DNA from: Felis catus
Lineage: Eukaryota
NCBI RefSeq assembly: GCF_018350175.1
Contig: NC_058368.1
Span: 175,090,001 to 175,154,000 of the forward strand
Length of the DNA: 64,000 nucleotides
Reading direction: 5' to 3'
Shown: piece by piece, positions 35,821 through 47,130 of the stretch
Layout: every line of letters begins with the position of its first letter
How positions within the stretch are numbered: position 1 is the stretch's first letter
Notes under the pieces: model-generated
Databases searched by the model: none
Seen by the model: only the letters and a program-made list of their open reading frames with translations
Told to the model about the DNA's origin: nothing
Translations under genes and position numbers: made by a program

Positions 35821-36354
35821 CGCTCCCTGGCCGCAGGAGTCTCTCGCGAGGATTAAATCTCCATCTACAAAGGACCAAAGAGTCACAGTCAGCTTCTCTG
35901 AGATTATTTTGCTGTGATCCGTTGTCCCAGTGAGGCCAGTCTTGTAGACACCAGCCTAGAGATTGCAGCCTGAGCTGCCCTACTGACAACGTCTCCGGTT
36001 TTCCAAAGAACGCGACCCCTATTTACGGGCTGACTTCGCACAATCCACCAGTAGAACTTCATTAATTGAGCCTTATCACTTGAACTTGGGTAAAATGAAA
36101 ATCCCAAAGACAAATGGACAAAGTATATAACATATGGGCCACTGGTAGGAATGGGTGGGAAGGGGCAAAGTGGGCCTTGGGAAAGGGGCAAGGTCAATGC
36201 AGGAAAGGGTTTGAAAGAAGAAACGTGGAGGCGCTTCAGACCAATGTTCCGCTTGATAATTTCACGGACAGTCGGCAAGGGCAGCAAGGGAAGACCCACC
36301 AATTCCAAGCCAAAAGTGGGCGTGCGGGACTCGGTGGGAGTAGGGGGAGATATG

Positions 36355-36930
36355 ATGATGTTTCTCCATGAGGGCAGCTCTCTACCAGTTTTGCTCAATG
36401 CTCTAACCACAGCAGCTAAAACAACGCCTGGCGCCCGGCGTGTGCTCCGAAATATGGGTCCAATGAACGACTGAGTGAGCGAGTGAGCACAAGGTCTCCT
36501 CTCCTCTTTCCGCGAGAGAACGCTACTCCATGAAAAACAGCAAGTGTCTATGATTACCGGATTGAAGCATCTCATGCCTTTGCACGTGCTAGTTTTCTAT
36601 CAGGATTGTCTTTCTCATTTTTTTTTTTTTTTACCTTTCTTATTCTTGTAAATTCTTATTCAGCTTTCGAAACTCACCCCAGCGTTGGCTCCATAGCCTG
36701 CAATGACCCCCTGGGAAAAGCAATGGTTCCTTCTGTGTTCTCTTAGAACACTGCTCGATCATCCCTCCCCCTGGATGGTGCCTTTTTTTTGGTTATAACC
36801 CATTTAGACATCTGCATCTCTCACAGGAAGTGGAGGTGGAAAATGGATGAAATGATGATTAGTTCAATTTAGTGGAGATGTACCAAACCTAACACCTACC
36901 AACCAGACTGGGAGCTCCTGGAGGAAAGGG
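36355..36930 (+). mobile_element. L2 fragments
   Basis: CTCCATGAGGGCAG...GCCTGGCGCCCGG...GAGTGAG 3' end; GCCTTTGCACGTGCT...CAGACTGGGAGCTCCTGGAGG. Confidence 0.65.
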
Positions 36931-36959
36931 TTATGAAATAATTAAAGCAAGCCATGCAG

Positions 36960-37530
36960 GCTTTTTGGTTAGAATGCCGTCGGCTGCAAGTAACAACGAT
37001 CTTGTCCCTAAACTGCCTTCAGCCACGAGGATAATTATTGTTCTTCAAAAAGAGGAGCTCTGCCTGACAGAGGGCAAGCTTCAGGGCTGACTGATTCAGT
37101 GGCTTAATGATATCACCAAGGCCCCAGGTTCTTTTTGTTTCCCTGTCCCCCCCCCCCCTTCATCATTGTCTCCAACCTCAGACCGATACTAAGACAGTTG
37201 CAAGGCTAAGCCTCATCTCCAGATGTGACAACGCTCACAGGAAGACAAAGGACTGTTTCCTTCCAAAGGACTTTCTCTTAGGAATAAAGAACTTTCCCCA
37301 GCAGTGCCTTAACAGACTGTCAGCTCATGAGCCCGAGCTGGGTCACATAACCGTTCCTCCTCCAGTTGCCGGTAAGCAACATGGAACCATTCTTGGACCC
37401 AACCCAGATGGGAGAGGTGGAGTCCGCTCTCCCTGGCTTACTTGGTTGCTTGGGATTGTGCAGATACTTGGACACAACTGGGCTTCTAGAAAGGAAGAAG
37501 GAAACTGGACGCTGGGGACACCACCTTAAA
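36960..37530 (-). mobile_element. MLT1 (J/K-type) MaLR LTR
   Basis: GGCTGCAAGTAACA...GATTCAGTGGCTTAATGATATCACCAAGG...GGGTCACAT. Confidence 0.75.
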
Positions 37531-37938
37531 TGGGCAAAAACGTTTATAGTGTGTCTGGCAAAAGGTAGGTACTCGATGAATGTGGAAGGAAATAAGGGGT
37601 CAGTAAGACCTGAGAGATCAGTGTAGACAAAATTCTGACTTAAAAGTCGGAGGCTGTTTTGTCGCTATTGTGTCAGGGAACGCCAGACTGGGGATTTTCA
37701 AGTCAGCCACCGGTCAGCTGAGTCGTGAGGTAGGTATTAGTGATTCAGTAACGACAAAGTCACATGGCCTGTACTTCCTTAGATTCAGCCCACATCCAAT
37801 GACACTGGGCGGGGCCTGTCAGGCTACAAGACAGAGATCCCAAGAGATCAAATGATGTGCCCAAGGCAATACCACTCCAACACATCCTCTCCTAGCACTG
37901 TATTTTCTTCAACCTTTTATTACAGGGAATAGGTTTTT

Positions 37939-38194
37939 TTTTTTTTTTTTTAATTTTAACGTTTATTTATTTATTTATTTATTTATTTTAATGTTTATTT
38001 ATTTTTTGAGAAAGAAAGAGAGACAGAGCATGAGCAGGGGAGGGGAAGAGAGAGAGGGAGACACAGAATCCGAAGCAGGCTCCAGGCTCTGAGCTGTCAG
38101 CCCAGAGCCTGTCAAGGGCCTGGAACCCGCAAACCAAGAGATCGTGACCTGAGCCAAAGTCAGATGCTTAGCTGACTGAGCCACCCGGGTGCCC
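37939..38194 (-). mobile_element. CanSINE
   Basis: TSD GGGAAT(A/C)G(G/T)TTTTT; (TTTA)n tail. Confidence 0.95.
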
Positions 38195-38335
38195 TGGGAA
38201 TCGTTTTTTGGTTGTTTTTTTTTAAACATAATCATAAACATCCTTATAGTGTTACTTTTATAATTATTGTCAGATGAAAAAATATATTAGTAGTTGACAT
38301 CAGAATTTCTCTTAAGAAGTAACCTGCTTTTCTGT

Positions 38336-38490
38336 GGCGCCTGGGTGGCTGCGCTGAGAGCTCAGAGCCTGGAGCCTGTTTCGGATTCTGTGCCTCCTTC
38401 TCTCTCTGCCCTTCCCCCCTCGTGCTCTGGTTCTTTCTGTCTCAAAAATGAATAAACATTAAAAAGAATTTTTTTAAATTTTTTTTTTAA
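38336..38490 (+). mobile_element. Internally deleted CanSINE
   Basis: GGCGCCTGGGTGGCT joined directly to GCGCTGAGAGCTCAGAGCC; tRNA-like middle including B-box missing. Confidence 0.88.
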
Positions 38491-38729
38491 AGATAAAAGG
38501 AGTTCCCTCTTCCCCTAAGAAAAATGTTGACCCTGGAACATTCTGGAACATCAGAAGAAGGCGATAACAAGGTACCTTAGCTTGAAAATAGGCAGGGACT
38601 GGGTTAAGAGACTCTGAATCGAATAGGCAGAGAAGTTCAAAGTTGAGCAATGAGAAGAAACCAGGACATTTGCTCCTCACTTAAAATCCCATCAGCGTTT
38701 TAAGAACACAATCAAAAGCATATTTGACC

Positions 38730-39985
38730 GGAGAAAGATGAAAAGTACCTATATATTAAATACATTAATAGCATTTTAAGAAAACACACAACAAGTTGGG
38801 AGTTGGGAGAGTATTTGGAACACACAGAATAGGAAGCTAATATGTTTCATACAGAAAAAAAGCTTTTTCCAATCCATCAAAAGGTGGACACCTCAGCAGA
38901 GAAACTGGCGAAATACACGACTGGGAGCTCACCAACAAAAATAAACTCACACGTATTCATGTATCATCAACGGCATTCCCCGAAAGATAGTCTCAAAATA
39001 CATAAAGAGAAAAAGCTAGAAAAGCAAGGAGAAATCCATAGGAACACCAGCGGAGAAGAGATCATTAACCAATGTTTCTTCCCTTTGAGAAAGCAAACAA
39101 CAAAAGAAAACGGAAAAAAAATGAACAAAATTATTATTTAGCTCAACTGAATGGAGATATATTAAACTTAGCAATTACAAACAAAGAATATGCATTCTTC
39201 TCACGTTTCTTTGAGGAAACAACAAGTCTCTAAAGAAAAATCTCAAAAATAAAAAAAAAAACCCTTCCAAATTAGAAAATTTATAGAAATATCCTTTGGC
39301 CACAATAATAGATATTTGAAACAAAAATAATAACCCTAAAATAACAATAGAAGTACATTCATGGGAAATTAAAAACATTAAGCTAAACAACTCTTGAAAA
39401 ATGGAGAAAATTAGAAGTGTAATTATGGGTTATTTAGAGGACAACAATGGAAATATATCAAACCTTAAGAGATGTGGTCAAACTTGCACTCAGAGAAAAG
39501 ACATAGCCTTGGATTCTTGTATGAATGAAAATAAATGAGCAGAACATCCCACCAAAAACAAACAAACAAAAACTTAAAAAGAAAATAATAAAGTAAGCCT
39601 TTAAAAAGTAGACATTGCTAAAAACAAAAGTGCAAATCAATTAGATACAAAAGGAAAAAATACCCAGTAGAACTGATAAACCTGAGAACCAGTTATTTCA
39701 AAGATCAAAAAAGAAAGTTTTATAACTTTATAAAACTATATAAATTTTATATAGCTGTCAATAATTAGGTCGATGAAACGTAATAAAAGGTCCAGAAACC
39801 AAATTAGGTATACTAAACATTAAAGGTAAAAAAATTAATCTAAGCTCTGAAATAGAAAAAAGAAAAGATATTAGAAAACAGACAAATCATGGATTTACAA
39901 AAATTATTTCCCTACCTCCCGCCATACAATAAACAAATTCCAAAACAGATGAAAATTCTAAGTGTATAAAATACAGCCTGGAAGG
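38730..39985 (+). mobile_element. Fossil L1 ORF2 fragments (L1M)
   Basis: Very A-rich; GAATATGCATTCTTCTCA, GGAAATTAAAAAC...CTAAACAACTCTTG, ATCAAACCTTAAGAGATG resemble the ORF2 endonuclease region; many stops. Confidence 0.75.
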
Positions 39986-40125
39986 ATATATGGGTGGCCA
40001 GGCAATGCTTCTTCCTTCCGGTGCTCCCATACTCATGACTTGAGGGGGCCTCCTGGGCATGACCACCACAGCAGGAAGTTCAAGACTGATAGATTTGGCG
40101 TCTGGGTTTAAATTTATCTGTGTAC

Positions 40126-40337
40126 GGGGCGCCTGGGTGGCTCAGTCGGTTAAGCATCAGACTTTGGCTCAGGTTACGATCTCGCAGTCCGTGAGTTCGA
40201 GCCCCGCGTCGGGCTCTGTGCTGACAGCTCGGAGCCTGGAGCCTGCTTCGGATTCTGTGTCTAATTCTCTCTCAGACCTTGCCCCGTTCATGCTCTGTCT
40301 CTCTCTGTCTCTAAAATAAATAAATAAATAAAAAATG
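40126..40337 (+). mobile_element. CanSINE
   Basis: TSD AATTTATCTGTGTA at 40111-40124 and 40338-40351. Confidence 0.97.
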
Positions 40338-41407
40338 AATTTATCTGTGTATGTATTCAATCAAGAAGTCAGCACTGGGCTCCAACGTCCCAGTGCTGGT
40401 AAAGGCACTTGGGGAACAGTGGTGAATAAAACCAAGAGAGCTCATGGTCCTCCCAGTGCATGAGAAGATAGATAATAAGCAATAATAAATTAATATGTAA
40501 GTGAACTTCACAGTTTGTTAGAAGGTGATAAACTGTACATTGTATAGAGAGTGATAAGATAAATACACGTACCGCACTTTTTATTTTCTCTAAGGGGGCT
40601 GAGGCTGCAGAGGGTGGGTTGCAATTGTACATAATCTGGTCAGTGTAGGTTTCACTGTGAAGGCAACAGCAGTGACGATTTGGAAACAGGTAGGGAGGGA
40701 CCATGTGCCTGTGCCAGAGAAGAACGTTCTGGGCGGAATCAGCAGCCGTGCAAAGGCCCCAAGGCGGGAACATGTCTGGACCATTCAGGGAGTAGCAAAC
40801 GGCAACTTGTGGCTGGAGGTGAGCTAGCTAAAGACAGAGCGCTTGGGAGGCCCGGGAGTCAACAGGGTAGGAGAAGTCATGGCAAGGTCATTGGCTTAAC
40901 TCCAAGAGAGGCAGGAGGCACTGGAGTGGTTTGAGCAGAGGAAAGACAGGATCTGTTGTGTTTGAACGGGATCGCTGTGCTGCTATGTTGAGAATAGACT
41001 GCAGGTGGTCCAGAGCCGGAAGGAGATCCACCAGGAAGCTCCTGTGGCCACCTAGGTAAGCGATGAAGGCAGCTTGTATCACGTGAACCCAGTGGACATG
41101 GTCAGAGTCCGGATACGGTCTAAAGGCATTGTCAATGGGATTTCCTGAGAGGCTGGATGGGGAATGAGCAGGGGCAAATCGCCAGGATGCCTTCCAGATA
41201 CGTTCGTCTGAGCAACTGGAGCCCCTAGAAAACTGGGTAAGGCTGTGAGCTCAGCAGGTAGGGAGAAGATCAGGATCCCGTTTTGGACAGACCGAGTTTG
41301 GAGTGTGCTTTAGACATCAAGGCCAGGACTCAAGAGGCCGCTAGAAGGAAGAGTGTGAAGTTCACGATAAAGGCCTTGGCTGGAAACAGAGATTGGGGCA
41401 GGCTCAG

Positions 41408-41825
41408 CATATGGCAGCTCGGGCTGCCATAAGAAAATATCACAGAGTTGGGGCGCCTGGGTGGCACAGTCGGTTAAGCGTCCGACTTCAGCCAGGTCAC
41501 GATCTCGCGGTCCGTGAGTTCGAGCCCCGCGTCAGGCTCTGGGCTGATGGCTCGGAGCCTGGAGCCTGCTTCCAGTTCTGTGTCTCCCTCTCTCTCTGCC
41601 CCTCCCCCGTTCATGCTCTGTCTCTCTCTGTCCCAAAAATAAATAAACGTTGAAAAAAAAATTAAAAAAAAAAAAAAGAAAATATCACAGAGTGGGTGGC
41701 TTAACAGACATTTATTTGTTCTGGAGGACGGAAGTTTGAGATCAGAGAGCGCCAGCATGATTGATTTCTGATGAGACCTGTCTTTCTGGCTTATAGAGGA
41801 CCACCTTCTCTCTGTGTCCTCAGGG

Positions 41826-41864
<39 letters not shown>

Positions 41865-42018
41865 TCCTCTGCTTACAGTCCTGTTGGATTAGGGCCCTAC
41901 CTTCATGATCTCGTTTAACCCTAATTACCTACTAAAGCCCCCTATCTCCAAATACAATCACATTGGGGGTTAGGGCTTCAACATGTAAGTTCTGGGGGGA
42001 CACAATTTCATTCCACGG
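41408..42018 (-). mobile_element. MLT1A-type MaLR LTR
   Basis: GGGCTGCCATAA...GGATTAGGGCCC...CAAATACAATCACATTGGGGGTTAGGGCTTCAACAT. Confidence 0.85.
41450..41675 (+). mobile_element. Young CanSINE inside MLT1A
   Basis: Perfect TSD AAGAAAATATCACAGAGT at 41431-41448 and 41676-41693. Confidence 0.98.
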
Positions 42019-42119
42019 CGGTTACAACTGGTATTGAAACCCATAAGACCTGGTGAGATGACCAAGGGAGCGAGAGTGGATGGGAGGAGAGAAACAGCTA
42101 GAGCATCATAAAGGTACCT

Positions 42120-42712
42120 ACAAAGCATATGACACACTGGGGAAAATATTTGCCATGTGTAAGTCAACAAAGGATTAAAATGCTTGCCACCCACAGGACG
42201 CTTTTAAATGAGTAAGACACTCCCGAGGAAAACTGGGCAAAGGACACGAACAGGTGATTCTCACCAGAAATTCAAACAGCCATTAAACATACTACGCACT
42301 ATTTCATCTCATTCATCATTAGCCAAATACAAACCAAAGGAATCCTGAGAGCTTACTGTCATCAATCAGGTCGGTCAAAATAAAAGGAGGATGACGATGG
42401 CCTGGTTTGTGGTATTTGGGGAGAAAGGCCGCTCATGCATAGTTGGTAAGAACATAAGTAGCCAGCTTTACTACAAGGCAGTCAGGTCTAAGATGCAAAG
42501 CTTTAAAAATATGTCAATTGCACGACAAATGTATGGTGCTTACCTGGGGGAAAGGGAGGCGTTCATGACAAAGGTCAGTGTGGGGGGTTGTCTGGGGTGC
42601 TGGTAACTTTCTCTTTCTTGATGTGGGTGGTGGTACCTGGGAGTGGGTGTGACAATCCACTGAGAGACATTTTTCTGCACGCAGTTTATACTTCAATACA
42701 AAATTTAAAAAA
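42120..42712 (+). mobile_element. L1ME-type fragment
   Basis: GGAAAATATTTGC...AACTGGGCAAAGGACACGAACAGG...TATACTTCAATACAAAA. Confidence 0.75.
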
Positions 42713-42724
42713 TAATAGTGCCTT

Positions 42725-42925
42725 GGGGCGCCTGGGCGGCTCCGTCAGTTGAGCATCTGACTTGGCTCAGGTCGTGATCTCACGGTTTGTGGGTTCAAGC
42801 CCTGGGTCGGGCTCACCGCTGACAGCGTGGAGCCTGCTTGGGATTCTGTCTCTCTCCTTCTCTCTCTGCCCCTCCTCTCTCTCTCTCTCTCCCTTTCAAA
42901 ATAAATACACGTAAAACAAACCTTG
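42725..42925 (+). mobile_element. Older CanSINE
   Basis: GGGGCGCCTGGGCGGCTC...GAGCCTGCTTGGGATTC. Confidence 0.92.
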
Positions 42926-43224
42926 AAAAACAATAGTAGCGCCTCTCATTTGACAGCAGAAATCATCCTTTCGTAGCAGGTAGAAGCAGGTACTGCTGAA
43001 ACCGTTGATAACAGAGCCCCAGACCCAAGCCGGGTACGTTTGCATCTCGTCTCTCTGTCCCAGGCATCTTGAGCCGAACCTCCATGCCAATACGGAGTTA
43101 GGCTTTTTTTACCAGAACTGTCTATGAGACGTGAGCCACATGTTCAAAGAACTGGGTTTAGCAACCAGAAAACTAGTTCTATTGTTAAGGCAAAACAAGT
43201 CGCTGATGAAGAGAGATCGCTTAA

Positions 43225-43490
43225 CTGGTTTCTTTCTGCTCTTTCGGGTCCTGTGTTAAACGTCACCTCCCCAGAGAATTTTCTCTGACCATCACCCTCA
43301 CTTTTATCCATTTTTCTTGGCCAGAGCACCCTGTTTTTCCCCCACAGCCCTCCTCATGATGGATAGGTGATTCTACTCTGTGTTGGTTTCATACTCGATC
43401 GGCATAAGGATCATTTTATCACTGTGGTATCGCATTTAGAAAATCGCCCGGCACATAGTAGGTGATCGATAAATACTGACAGCACAAACA
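43225..43490 (+). mobile_element. L2 3' end
   Basis: AAACGTCACCTCCCCAGAG...GCCCGGCACATAGTAGGTG...ATAAATA. Confidence 0.75.
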
Positions 43491-43811
43491 ATTGGGCGTT
43501 TTATTCACTCCACCCCCCCCCCCCCGCCCCATTTCCCTACCTTTAGAAGAAACAAGGGAGAAATTCCATTTGTAAATTCTCTAAGAAAAAATGTCATCAT
43601 TCTGAATGCCTCTGAAAATGATTTTTGGATCTAGCTCCTGGGACAGATGGTCACAGGGCAGAGAACAGGAGCGTGGCTAATTGAGAAACCCAGATCAAGT
43701 CCCATTTTTACCTGTTAATAGCTGTGTGACCTTGGATAAATTTCCAAATCTCTTCGGGTGTAGTATGTGTCTCCTACTTAGAGGGCAGAGTGATGATATT
43801 ACCTTGCAGGC

Positions 43812-43943
43812 AGGGGCTCAGATAATTTATCATTTAATTTGGGATAGCTTTGAGAGTGAAAGAGGGCTCAATTAATAACGCGACCAGGACGGGCATGAAC
43901 GAGACTGTCCTAGGACGGGATCCACGATGTGTACTTGACCTTA
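43812..43943. mobile_element. MER94-like hAT-Blackjack (inside/next to a MIR at 43665-43800)
   Basis: ATAATTTATC...GGGATAGCTTTGAGAGTGAAAGAGGG...ATTAATAA...GACTGTCC. Confidence 0.65.
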
Positions 43944-44063
43944 CTGGTAAGCCAGCTGTCTGCTTCCTATGAACTAAGGAGCTGGCGTGCAGCTGGAGTT
44001 CAGTGAGCGAGAGTTTTACCCCAGTGCTTCTCTGGGCTGTACTTTGGGTATCAAAGTTCTAGA

Positions 44064-44175
44064 GTCGTGCTTCTCAACCTTGGCTGCCCTTGGGAATTAC
44101 CCAGGTGCTTAAAAAACCCCAGATGCTGATGCAATTCATCTCGGGCGTAGCGTGGGCATCGGGATTACTCAAACC
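44064..44175 (+). mobile_element. MER5-type fragment
   Basis: GTGCTTCTCAACCTTGGCTGC...GAATTACCC...GGGCATCGGGATT. Confidence 0.6.
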
Positions 44176-44223
44176 GGGCAGTCAGGCATAAATCCCGGTG
44201 CGATTCTGGCTTCCCTTCTCTCT

Positions 44224-44968
44224 TCTTTTTTCTTGTGGTGAAATATACAGACCTTAAAATTTACCGTTGTAGCCATTTTGTAAATGTATATATTTTTAAG
44301 TTTATTTACTTATTTTGGGAGAGAGTGCGAGTGGAGGCGGGGGGGGCAGAGAGAGAAGGCAGAGAGGGAATCCCAAGCAGGCTCCTCACTGTCAGTGCAG
44401 AGCCCCGTGTGGGGGTCGAACCCACGAACCATGAGGTCAGGACCTGAGCTGAAATCAAGAGTCAGACGCAACCGACTGAACCACCCAGGCGCCCCCCCGC
44501 CCCATTTTAGCCATTTTTGTCCACCTCCAGAATTTCTCATCTTCCCAAATGGAAGCTCTATGTTCATTAAACACTAATGCCTTCTTCCTCCACCTCTCCA
44601 GCACCGGGTAACCTCTATTCTCCTTTCTGTCTCTAGGAATTTGACTACTCTAGGTGCCTCGTCGAAGTAGAACCATCCAGTATGTGTCCTTTCGTGTCTG
44701 GCTTATTTCTCTTAACATAACATCTTCAAGGCTCATCTGTGTTGAGGCATGAAGCAGAATCTCTTTCCTTTTTATGACTGAATAATATTCTGTTATATGT
44801 ATATAATACATTGCCTATCCACTCATCCTCTGATCTGATGGACATTTGGGTTGTTTCCACCCTTCGGCTGCCGTGAGTAAAGCTGCTATGCAAATGGGTG
44901 TGCAAATATCCGAGTCCCGGCTTTCAATCCTTTTGGGTGCACACCCAGATGTGGAATTTCTAGGTCAT
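44224..44968 (-). mobile_element. L1MB-type 3' end interrupted by SINE
   Basis: GTGGTGAAATATAC...CTTTCTGTCTCTAGGAATTTGACTACTCTAGG...GGACATTTGGGTTGTTTCCAC. Confidence 0.88.
44281..44495 (-). mobile_element. Older CanSINE
   Basis: Reverse SINE; TSD core TAGCCATTTT. Confidence 0.92.
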
Positions 44969-45036
44969 CTCCTTTTTCTCTTGATCACCATCTCTCCCAC
45001 CACCAGTCAGCATATTTTTGTTTAAAAATTTTTTTA

Positions 45037-45237
45037 GGGGCGCCTGGGTGGCTCAGTCGGTTAAGCGTCCGACTTCGGCTCAGGTCATGATCTCGCGGTT
45101 CGTGGGTTCGAGCCCCGCGTCAGGCTCTGTGCTGACAGCTCAGAGCCTGGACCCTGCTTTGGATTCTGTGTCTCCCCTTCTCTGTTCCTCCCCTGCTCGC
45201 ACTCTGTCTGTCTCTCTCTCTCAAAAATAAATAAAGA
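45037..45237 (+). mobile_element. CanSINE inserted in tail of opposite-strand SINE
   Basis: TSD TTAAAA(A/C)TTTTTTT. Confidence 0.95.
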
Positions 45238-45249
45238 TTAAAACTTTTT

Positions 45250-45472
45250 TTTAATTGTTTAAGTTTATTTATTCTTGAGTGAGAGAGAGAGAGAGCACAA
45301 GCAGGGGAGGGGCAGAGAGAGAGAGAGAGAGAGGGAGACACAGAATCCGAAGCAGGCTCCAGGCTCTGAGCTGTCAGCACAGAGCCCGACGCGGGGCTCG
45401 AACTCACAAACCACGAGATGCTGACCTGAGACAAAGTTGGACGCTTAACCAACTGAGCCACCCAGGTGCCTC
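45250..45472 (-). mobile_element. CanSINE
   Basis: TSD CATATTTTTGTTT at 45011-45023 and 45477-45489 encloses both SINEs. Confidence 0.95.
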
Positions 45473-46619
45473 CTAACATATTTTTGTTTTAACACCAGTC
45501 ATTTACTCTGAACCTGGCTCATCCCAAATCTACATAAGGACTGGGCTGAAGAGAGCTCGCACAAAGGGAAGGAAGAATATTTAAGTTAATGGCCTCTGCT
45601 CAGAGCAAACATCGGTCACAGGTTTGCAAAGTCCCTGAGCCTGGAGTGTTCTGAGCCTGGAGTGAAGGCTTTCATTGATAAAGCACAGGTGCTGTAATGC
45701 CCAATAGCCTGAGCTCACGTTAGACCGATTCTGACATGAGATGCTGGTTTCCTGTGTGAGCTCATGGCTGGGATGTCTCCAAGCCATTGTTCCCCTGGAG
45801 CTCAGCCCTCCTGAAGCTGGGAGGTTGTGAGACATCTGGAAGGAAAGGGCCTTGACTTTGCCTTCTTTATGACACAAGCAATAAACTGTGGACTTGCAGG
45901 ACCTCCCGGGACCCTCTTCTACCTCTTGATGACTCTTGGATCTCTGGGGTCAGGAGGAGACTTCTTTCTCTGATTACGGGAGCAGTATATCCTGTCAGGA
46001 GCCCAGAAGCTTCTCAGAGTGCCCTGTGCTGCATTCCTGGAGTTCAGTGCTGATATTTGCTCCCAAGGGGGACATAATTCCCTGAGCACAGAAAATGAGC
46101 TTATTACTTGCTAGGCAACGATGACCTTCAATTATGGTAAAAGTTAGTCAACCCTGACATTGGAAGTCATGATTCAACTGACTCTAAACTTTCTGTGACA
46201 GAACTGGTCATCCTTGAAATGCAAGAGGAGGGTTCCAGGAAGTGAAACGACACCCAGAAATGAGCTGCTCCAAACGGGAACTCTTGTCTAACACTGTTTC
46301 CAGAACTCCTGACCTGCATTTCATAAATAGTCATGTCTTTTTTGCAGGGATAGTTTCCCGAGCACCGGCCATGGGGCGGGCTCTGTATTTTGATGTATTT
46401 CTGGTCAGTGACGTGAATGCAAATATACCCCCAAGTTTCCACATCGGCGTACGTGTACAAATGAAGTCACCTTAGGTCAAATATGGCTGGCCCGTCTCCA
46501 TTTGCCAGCCTTCTCCTGGCCACACCTTCCTGAGATGTCTCAGGGAGCCCCAGGGAGCATCTCATGTGAACCCACGACAGGACCCTCATGCGGTACATCT
46601 CCACACTGCCTACCCTGTG

Positions 46620-47130
46620 CCGTGTTCAGGGACATCCCAAAGGCGCTCCAGTCACTCGTGCTGACTCCTCAGACACTGACTCAACAATGGCTTTATGTCA
46701 AGAACTGTCATCATACCACCTCTATCCTGTGCCTGTAATGCCCTGAGATACACAGAACACTCTTCGGCCCCCAAATGTGCGCCTTCTGTCTGGGATACTC
46801 CCCGCGACCCCGTCTTCCTCTGTCTGGCCGACTCCTAATCCTTCAACAAGGTGCAACTTACGTCACATTTATGAGGAGGCTTCTCTTCATCTCTCGTTCC
46901 CACTGTTGTGGGGAAAATCAAGTTGCCCAGGCTGTGGAGACAAACAGAACGGGCCTCAGTCTTCCCTGTCACCCAGCAGCCGCGTGACTTGGACCATCTC
47001 TCTGTCCTTTGTAAACAGGGACAACATGGGCACATTCCTGAGAGGCAGGTCTGAAGGCATAATGAGATACTATAGGAAGAGGTTAGCAGCACCGGGGCCC
47101 AAGGTACACGTTCAGCAGACAGCAGTTATT
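46620..47130 (+). mobile_element. L2 fragment followed by MIR
   Basis: GCCTTCTGTCTGGGATACTC...ACTCCTAATCCTTCAA; MIR GTGACTTGGACC...TGTAAACAGGG. Confidence 0.6.

Larger units (their letters stand above)
40355..42095 (-). mobile_element. L2a-type element interrupted by MLT1A
   Basis: Reverse L2 40355-41407 (GTGCAAAGGCCCC, TTTGAGCAGAGG, TTTTGGACA, TAGACATC) resuming at ~42020-42095. Confidence 0.8.

Noticed and set aside
35904..36575. Longest ORF (223 aa, minus strand)
   Set aside because: No recognisable domain, crosses an L2 3' end, no convincing gene context
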